A stretch of DNA of 64,000 nucleotides from NCBI GenBank assembly GCA_001599295.1, contig BCGN01000007.1:981791-1045790 (forward strand), written 5' to 3'. The DNA comes from Sporopachydermia quercuum. Lineage: Eukaryota. The position numbers and the translations under genes are program-made. Below, piece after piece: positions 47,553-56,900 of the stretch. The notes beneath the pieces were generated by a model. The model searched no databases, was not told the DNA's origin, and was given only the letters and a program-made list of their open reading frames with translations. The first letter of the stretch is position 1. Each line of letters starts with the position of its first letter.

Positions 47553-48668
47553 ATGAACAACCAATTAGACGCGGCAAGTCTATTGGACGCCTCAGTGCAG
47601 GACTTCTCGAGCCTCACTACAGAGTTCGCCCATATCCTACAGGAAATCCGTTTGAAAGACCTGAAGTTCTACGAAACACGGAAGCGAATCCAGCAGCGGG
47701 ACAATCAAATCCACAAATTCATCCGCACACACGGATCATTGGCACCGAACCCGAAAGAGACAACCACGTACCCAAAAATCGTTTCCGATTTTGAACTGGC
47801 AATGAAGCTACAGGAAGAAAAATCACAGTTAGCTAATACTGCACTACTTATATTTGAGAAGCACTATCAGAAGATGATGCAGCATATGGATGAACTAGAA
47901 GCACTCGGGTCGCTTCCTACACTTCCGCAGTTACCCGATGTGCAGCAATTAGCGGCAATCTTAAACGGGGAATTGAATCCATCGGCAGTTTCCGGCTCAG
48001 CTTCGGCAGTAGGAACCCCAGATAAGGTTTCCACTCGGAAATCTACCCCGCTTTCACGTCCCACTAAAAGACAAAGATTACAGTCGGGTTCTGGTTCTAA
48101 TGCCGGTTCTGTGGTAGGTACCCCACAACATTCAGCTCTCAGTAACACGAAGCTCTCTGATAGATCCCGAGGATCTACACCGGCTTCCGGGGCAGTCGCC
48201 ATTACCGGCTCGAACGCCCAAAATCTCCCCCATGGTTCTAACGGAAACACCGCAGTTGTGGAAAGAGCACAAAGATCTTCTAATCTAGGCGTCGGAACAG
48301 GTATTGATCTAAACGGTGGCCCTGTTCATGAAACGGAAGACGAACTGTACTGTTTCTGCCGCCAGGTAAGTTTTGGTGAAATGATTGGATGCGACAGCTC
48401 CGACTGTAAATATGAATGGTTTCATTATGGATGTGTCGGATTGAAAGAGCCTCCGACCGGTACATGGTATTGTCCCGATTGTGCCCGAAAGAAGGCTAAA
48501 GAGAAAGAAAAGGAGAAAGAGAAGGAGAAGGAAAAGGAAAAGGAGAAAGAGAAGGAGAAGGAGAAAGAGAAGGAGAAGGAGAAGGAGAAGGAGAAGGAGA
48601 AAGAGAAGGAGAAAGAGAAGGAGAAAGAAAAGGAGGGAAGAAGAGAGACTAGTCGAAGGAAGAAGTGA
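47553..48668 (+). CDS. YNG2: ING-family PHD protein, NuA4 subunit Yng2
   Basis: ING N-domain [39 protein letters not shown] (Yng2-type) and [47 protein letters not shown]. Confidence 0.9.
   Translation: MNNQLDAASLLDASVQDFSSLTTEFAHILQEIRLKDLKFYETRKRIQQRDNQIHKFIRTHGSLAPNPKETTTYPKIVSDFELAMKLQEEKSQLANTALLIFEKHYQKMMQHMDELEALGSLPTLPQLPDVQQLAAILNGELNPSAVSGSASAVGTPDKVSTRKSTPLSRPTKRQRLQSGSGSNAGSVVGTPQHSALSNTKLSDRSRGSTPASGAVAITGSNAQNLPHGSNGNTAVVERAQRSSNLGVGTGIDLNGGPVHETEDELYCFCRQVSFGEMIGCDSSDCKYEWFHYGCVGLKEPPTGTWYCPDCARKKAKEKEKEKEKEKEKEKEKEKEKEKEKEKEKEKEKEKEKEKEKEKEKEGRRETSRRKK
48498..48635 (+). repeat. Coding hexanucleotide microsatellite (AARGAR)23 encoding (KE)23
   Basis: 138-nt pure purine run of AAA/AAG-GAG/GAA codons directly after the PHD finger. 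Confidence 0.95.
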
Positions 48669-49698
48669 AGTGCACTCTGTGGGTCATTGTGTGGGGCACT
48701 GGCACGGTATCAGCCAAACTCAATTCTTGATCATATAATGAAATATTCTTTGCTACAACCTTGCAACAATTCCCGTCGACTATTCTCTCACTAATTAATG
48801 GCTCTTTTTTAGTTTTTACTTGAGTTCAGACAATTAATGTCATATTTAAAAGTTATGGAAACCCAATTTCTCGTTCTTCGGCTTTGAATCTCGAATTGCC
48901 TCATTCCGTCAAGTTTAAGCTATTCCGCCGTCCGATCTCGCGCTCGGCTAGTTTTCTGGTCCGCTGGTTCTATCATTTAAAGAACTCGGGAAATAATATG
49001 AACAACACAGAAATATACTTGTAATACTGCAGTGTTATTTCTACTATAAAACGTGTTGATATTGTATTGAGTTTTGTCACAATATGTTGTACTGCAATAT
49101 GTATATAAATTCTGTTGGTGTATTGCGCTGTTGTTATATGTATAATATATCATATAGGCAGCTAATTGATAGCCAATTTCTATGCTCTCTTCTAGTATAC
49201 TATCGTAATGCGAACAAAAGAGAAAAGGGTCTAGAACTAGAAACTCTAATTAATCAACTAAATCCCAGGACACTCTGGCTAGCGATTAGAGCAAANAAGA
49301 TACTTGGCTGAAAGTACCGGTTTTCTTGGCTTCGTTTGAGAAACCAACCTCCTGGTGGTAACAATGATCTCTTTGTACTTCTTGCAGCATTGCACCTGCA
49401 CTTACTTTGATGACTTAATGATTAATAGTCAAACTATGGAGAAGTTGTCTAGGATTTCATTCACACAAACAATGTATATTCAGTACATCCCTGTAAATCC
49501 TCAGGAAGAAGAGAAGTTATAGATATGAACTCTTAAATATGTATATTAGTATTGAGAATAACGATTCATGCTGTATTTCTACTGTAATTGATAGTCTACT
49601 TGAATAGAAATGTATACTTTGAAATAGATTTCGGTCTGCTATTTAACTACCAGATCCAGTAACTCATATTCCGACTGACAGTTCCGATAAGTTCAGTG

Positions 49699-49726
49699 AA
49701 ATGCCGAAATGTCGATTTCGGCATTT
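49699..49726. repeat. Perfect 12-bp inverted repeat AAATGCCGAAAT-GTCG-ATTTCGGCATTT
   Basis: Arms 49699-49710 and 49715-49726 are exact reverse complements. Confidence 0.8.
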
Positions 49727-50674
49727 AATTCATTGATTCGTTTTCATATGGAAATGAAAAATCTCTATCCGGTGGAAAGCGTGTCCTGAGATTGCAAGTT
49801 ACCGGACAGGTTAAGGTTTACCGAAGATAGTAGAAGAGAACAAAGAACATGTAACACGCTTTATGAATAACTTACGGAACTGACCTTATATGATTCTAAA
49901 AGATTAGAGAAATTGGTTTTATGAACAATGAGACATTTTTAGAATCAAATAAAAGCACTCCACACACTTGTCCATAAGGACGCGTGTCCAGTCAATAAAT
50001 CAATGAATACTCATTGTTTTGTAGATTACGTGAACAGGAATTAAGAATCAAGCGGATATTTCATGAGAATGGGAGAAAGAATGAAATAGCGGTTGTGCTG
50101 TTTCTCATCCCATTTCGTTCTTGTTTCACCCTGTACAGTCTAAAGCATCTTTATGGACAAGCAAAGAAGAGCAATATGAGACAAACATCTTTATCCAACC
50201 CTACTATCTAAATTCACTCACTGAAAAACGTAAACTAACTATACAGCTTTTGTCAGCTATTTTTTTAGCTTTCTATAACTTTCAGTAATTCTATCCGTTT
50301 TAATATATATACATAACCATCGATCGACAATAATCATGTCACAAGATAACAATAAAGTATCACATAATCATTTAATTGAATCACATGACCCCTATTTCCT
50401 AATTTGGCATCCCAAATAACTCTTTTAATGTATTTTGTATAACTTTCTACCAACTTCAGAAATCACAAACACAAACATCTGTACATGATCCTTCACCTAT
50501 CAACTCTTACACTTCCGTTAGTTTCCTTCGGCTCATCCAACGACTTTATTTTGTATTTGAACACTCAATTCAGTCACTGGATTTAAATATTATAACTAGA
50601 AGCTGCTAGTCCGCTTCGCTTTGCAGCCTCAATTTTCACACCCAAAGCAATTACTTACCGTGATTTGTTGTCAC

Positions 50675-50753
50675 CAAGTACTGGAACTATATGTGAACGA
50701 TTCGGGTTGATCTCAAGTATTGGAACCATATATGAACGATTCGGGTTGATCTC
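50675..50753. repeat. 39-bp tandem duplication upstream of TAO3
   Basis: CAAGTAYTGGAACYATATRTGAACGATTCGGGTTGATCT at 50675 and 50714, with 3 mismatches. Confidence 0.9.
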
Positions 50754-50945
50754 GGATAAAAACAAGGTTCCAGATTATCTGAATTAGACAATAGTAGTTG
50801 CAACTTTATTGTGAATTGGCGGCTTGCCTCTCTTTTAACAGCCAGATCTGGCTCTATTTGTACTGACTTGCAACTACTCTTACTATTGAGGAACCCCACC
50901 ATTATAATTTCCTCTTTGAGGCTTTGACAGTAAACCATTTTCATT

Positions 50946-53900
50946 ATGGAGACTAATTTAATCCACCAAGATCACAAATACATCAACATTGACGCCGTGC
51001 ATACCGAAATAACACAAATATCAACAGAAATCGATCCCTCTTTAGACCGGCATGAGCTTACGGACCATCCTCACCATTCTCGGCAACCAAGCATAGACCA
51101 ATCGAGAGAACTGCCCGAAAGTATCCCGCTTTCGAGTCATCATACTCCTGTTGTGTCACCAATTTTACACCAGTACCCGCACTCTCCTAATTCTCAACCA
51201 GTGACCACCCCTCCATCGCGGCTAAAATCTTCCCTTGCTTCTCCCGATGCACCAAAATCGGGATTAGTGATGGAACCAACCCTTCCCGATTTACCCGTTG
51301 ATCGGAAGTCACTAACGTCGACACCCGTTTTGGAACGCAACCGGAGCTCGGGAACAATCTCTGTTTTGGGGGCTCCTTTAACTTATTCGTCTGAAAACGG
51401 AATACCCCATGGGTCTCTTTCTGTGCCACTCAGCCACATCCAAAGCCACAATACCGAATTCGGGTTACAGCCACCTGCCAGTTTGGGAGAAACAATAAAA
51501 AATGCTGCTAATTTACCCAATTTAAGCAATCAGCAGTCTCATCATACACCGCATACACAGCATACACCGCAAATGTCCACGGTAACAACGACAACGACAA
51601 CTGCAGCTGCAGTCACAGTCACAAGTTCAAACCCAGCCACAGCCAATCTTAATGCCAATTACGTAACTTTAACCGCAAGCCACAGAACTATGTCCCATTC
51701 GGGAAGTCTAACCTCGAGCCCCGCACCTCCAGAACCAATCACCCGCGCTTCTTCTCCTGCTCAGCCGCAGGGGCTTCAGCCACTACAACCATTACCGTCT
51801 AAGCCACCAACGGAATATACATTACACATACTTTTCACCCGATTTGTCCGACATGCTGAACGCAGGCTTTCGCTCTGCTTGAACTACCCCCTAGAGTCAG
51901 ATTTACCCGTGGAAGAATTACTGAAAGAAGGCGTAGATCCCGAGTTTGATAAGATTATTGCCTCATTAGGATATATAGCCCGGCGGAAGCCAAAACCAGT
52001 AATAGATTCAGTTATGTTCTGGAGGCGCAGCAAATCTGAAATGGCATCATTAGCTGCAACTGCCGAGAAAGCCGCTAACATGAATGAACCAAATGTGGTA
52101 TCAACACCGTCAACGCCACAGCAAAGCCACGAGTTTTATCCACAAACGCAAGCAGATCGAAATTCACAAAAGCCCAAAACCAGTAAATCAGTGATGTCCT
52201 CAAAAGGGAAGTTAAGCGGAGGGAGCAAATACACCGAAAACGGCAGAATTCCTAGCAATTCACCCCGAACCGGATATTATTCGACTGCTAACTCCAACTC
52301 TAATCCTATATCACCTTCCATTTCCATATCCGGAAAGTCAAGTGTTGGGTCAATATCCCTTTCTAGGAAACCGTCCCGAGTTTTTACTCGAATAAGTGGA
52401 AGCATGTCCCAATTAGGCTCCGTGTCACCAAAACTCAAGGAATCTCTTTCCTACTCTAGACATAAGTCTTCCTCAAACCCTATCCCTAACACTAATCCTA
52501 ACACTAATCCTAACACTAGTCCTAACACTAATCCTAACACTAATCCTAACCCTAATCCTCAAATTAACTCCAACCTTAATTCTGCTTCTGCCTCCGCTTT
52601 TGCCGCCGAACGCAAATCACTCGTTTCTGTGTACATTCTATGCCGAGTTCTTATTGAAATTGTTAAACAAACACCCCCGGAAACCATCGGAGATGACCTT
52701 TCGGAAAAGCTAGAGGAAATTATTTACGCTCAACTTAAAGCAAATAACCCGGAAACTGTTGTGGCTCATCCTATCCGAAGAGCGAACTGGAACCTTTTTG
52801 CCGAGCTTTTGGGGATAATGTCAGAAAAGAGATTTGTGTCTGTTTCGGATCGGTTTATATCCGATTTGGAAAAACTACCGGAGTTTCTTCCTAAAGAGGA
52901 TGAACCATTTGTCCAAACTCTAATTTTCGGCATGAAATATTTCCGGCTAATGATTTATCCCATGGAAAAACTCGAGGAATCGGCAGAATTTCTACAATCG
53001 CTAGGCAAATTTTACTCTCGGAGCGGGAACCCCAATATTCGAGACGCCTATGCCGAGATTCTATACCGGCTATTATTGCCGGCTGCAGCTTCTGTAACTG
53101 CGGAAGCTAATCATCCTTTGTGGTTAGAAGCTATGGAACTAATTTGGGCCAAAGCGGAACTTAATTTTACCCGCAAGAATCGAAATTGGAATCCTGCGTT
53201 CCCGTTGATTGGCACTGTCTTGTGTTGTGTACCTGCGGAACAGTTTTCGGAACGATGGGTTGAAACCTTAACCAGCGGCATATCGCGGATCAAAACTAGG
53301 GAAAGCCGAGTAGAGTTTGCTGTGGCTCAAGCGAGGCTTTTATGGGTGTTCCTATTCCGATGGACGGAATCATTGAACGCCACGTCTCGGAAGCTTGAGC
53401 CGCTTTTAACTAATTTATTCAAGGTTGGAAAACGGAACCTAATTACCTCGGAAGGGATGTTTTTAACCGCAGCCACAGAATGTATCCGCTATGCGGGACA
53501 ACGGGTAGATTTATACTTTGTATTAGAAAAGGCAATATTACCGCTTTTGGCGCCCGCTGCTGTTAAACACACAATTTTGGAAAATTTACCTAATGACCAG
53601 CTGATTGTGGCAATTCGCAGTTATTTTTCTGTTTTAAGCGACACCCATTTCCGTAATATGCCGCAATTTCCCACGGATTCGGAGCTTTCTCGACTAAATA
53701 GCCAAAAGGGGATAAACTATTGGGTAAAATACGCTAATAAAGCTGGAAATCATTATGAAAATAGTGGAACATTCCACCAGAATATCAGAAATAATCCAGT
53801 AAATGATGAATTCTCTCCCCATCCAACCCCACGGCCAACCCTGCATTTCAACCCGGATTATTCTGATATTTACTCGAAACAGTTCCGGGATATTTTTAGT

Positions 53901-56900
53901 AAACTGTTCACACAAATATCATCCCGAATCCGAACTGGTTCTGGCTCAATAGAAGTCTCGGGTAAACCTTCTGCTGCCCGGGCAGTTCAAGCTGCTCTCT
54001 ATTTTGCTGCTAACGGAATCGGCGGTGGAAGCGGAAGCGGGACAGAGAGCTCGGCTTTCCATTCTCGAAACTTACTAATAGAATTGGCTGCTACCGTTTT
54101 AGAGCTTGTTCCGTGGTGTATGCCTGAAAATACTCCATTTGGGCAACTAGTAGAAACGTTATGCCGGGCTGCGGTTTCAGAAGAGCTGAGAATTCGCCAA
54201 GCGGGAGAATCTGCTCTTCGGGAGATTTCCCAGAGAAGCAAACTCTCCCGAGTTTTGATTGCCACATTCGGAAGGTGTGCTTTTTGCCTAGATGATTCTG
54301 TGGCATCGGCGATTCCCAGCTCGGTTATTTTATACACAGGAACTTCGCAACGACTTCTGAGGATGTATGTGGAGCTAATAAGGTTATGGCTGGACGCGTT
54401 CAAGCGAAATTTTGGAGACGATACCGGAAACGATGGGGGAAATGCTGATAATGGCCATTACAATAATAATGTTAATCCCGGAAATAGTACCGGAACCGGG
54501 ACTGAATTAGAACTGAAACACATAGTAAATACAGTTCAGGAAGTAGAAGGATACGGTTTTTTCCTTTTGTGTAGTGAGAATTTCATTATCCGGAGACTCG
54601 GCATTGAAATTCTTCGACTTACGGTTCAATTTGATACGGCGTTAGGGGAGAAAACTGGGAAAGATGGATCGGCATTTTCCGAAACTCGGCTAATCTCGGT
54701 CATGGAGAAAGCCGAGTTTACGGAGCTTTTACCATACTCGAAAGCCGAACTGAGTCACGTTGAAAAAGCTCGATTAAGTAAATTAACCGCCAAACGGAGG
54801 AACTCGGGANTAGGCGTTTTAATCCGGCTTGCGGAATCCGATTACGGAGTAGATGCTGCTTTGTGGTTCCGAGCTTTTCCCAAGTTTCTAAGCTTGTGCT
54901 TTGAAAACTGTCCCCTTTCTACTGCATTATGTCGAGATTTTATATGCATTCGCTTAGTACAGCTATTTAGTCCAATATCTTCCGCTTCGGAAACCGATTT
55001 AGGAAATAGCTATGGCTATGGAAATAGCGGTACAAGTGGGGTAAATGCTCCAATGATAGAACGGAACCTTATTGAGCAGTGGAAACTCTATTTGATAGTT
55101 GCATGTGTAACTCTTACTGCTTCAGGCGAACAGAACCTTAATCTTCCATCAATTTCTTCCCTTATTTCTAATTCCGGCTCAATTAGCTCCAACCTTAACT
55201 CCCAATTGGGAACAAGCTCCGGATCCGCCGCTGGAACAGGTTCAAACCTCAACCTTAAAACTCAACCGCGGAGAACCGTCAACGACGCTAATAACCTATT
55301 TTTAATTGTACCCAGAAAACCTTATAAATTAACATCTGCACGCTCTGTGTTCCGAATGGTTTTAGTACTTCTCGGAACCGCCCCTGGAGAAATTCGGGAC
55401 GCTATTGTTCTAGGTTTGTCCTGCATAAATATCAACGTTTTCCGACCCCTTTTAGAGTGTTTTAAGCCGTTTTTAGATCGATGGTGCAGCAAAATTAGGA
55501 ACGGCACGGCCCAAAACTTAGCCACAATGGAGGATAAGCTAGGAATTGAAATTATACGCATTTTAAGCTTAGTTTCCCGGTTTTTAACCGAGAGAGAAGT
55601 TTATTCCGACTTGTGGCTGGTGCGGGAGATTTCGGAACTGTTTTATGCCTTACGGGTCCTGTTATTAGATGCCTCGGTTCAAGTAAGCTGGACGGCTCAG
55701 CCGCTAAGACGGTATTTCTGTGGATTTGTGCAAAATGTGTTTGCAGTAGTTAAGGTGGTCGAAGAAGCCGAACGCAACCCTGAGAATACCGGAAATAATA
55801 CCGCGATGCTTAAAGGACTCTTTTCCTTTGAGCAAAGAGTGGAAATGATGAAATATTTTGAAGAATGGTCGGGGTTCGGAAGAGCCTCGGAAGTGTGTCA
55901 GTCTCGGTACCGTTATATGGAAGAAACTTACTCCCGAACCGGAAAAGATATCCTTACTTTATCCGCTTCCATTGAGGTAGAACGGCATACACTTCAGATG
56001 GCTTCTGTTTCATGCATGTCGGCCTTGTTGTCAGGGCCTGTGCGGGAGGTCCGAATAGACGGAGACGTCAGTGGAGAAGGAATCGCTATGGGGATCGGAA
56101 GCGAAGGAGGTGGAGGCCTCGGAAGTGGCACTGCTACTATCTTATCGTTGCATTTACCGACCCTGATGGATTTCTTTGCAGATTTGTTTCGGAATGGAAC
56201 AGAACGGATTCAGTTCCGTGGCCGGACAGGCTTATTGAACCTTTTAGGGTATAATCCGACGGATGAATTACTTATTCAGGAAGTAGCCCGACAATGTTAT
56301 GCCGCCCATGATGAATCAGACGCGTCCCGAGGATTTTTTGTGCCATTAGCAGAAGTGCTGACGGATACCCTATTAGGTAAATGTTCCCAGAAAGGGACAA
56401 GTGACGGAATGCATACCAGTGTAGGTAATTTAGGCAATTCACCTTCGATTGAATTACTATTATCAGTAATTTGCTTATCTTTGTTCCAGTTAGGTAATAA
56501 CACATTAGAAGTCCGAATCTCAGCGTTCCGGCTACTTTCTGCTTGGAATTCGGGTAAAAATAGATCCGAAGTACTGGCACAACACCAATCGGGAATTTCT
56601 TCTCGCACTAAAGCAGTGTATTCTCGGGCCCAGATGGAGATAATCTCGTTGTTTGTGTCAGAAATCGGGTCCTCGGTTGATGTAATTGCCGAAGTTGCTG
56701 CTCAGTTCCGATATTTGCCCGAATTTGGGTCCGACTCAGCAAAATCAGATCTCGTTTCCGTCATTCTTCCTGCTTTACGTAATGTAATATTGGTTAAAGC
56801 CGATCCCAGAACTGCGGGGCCCGGCGACCTGAAAACCGATGCTAATAGAGAGAGTTTAGGAGTCGTTAGTACTTCCGGATTGTCTCCGAGTTCGGATTTG

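Noticed and set aside
52485..52559. CCTAAC-containing array as interstitial telomere repeat
   Set aside because: In-frame 12-bp unit encoding Pro-Asn-Thr-Asn inside TAO3; explained as a coding minisatellite.
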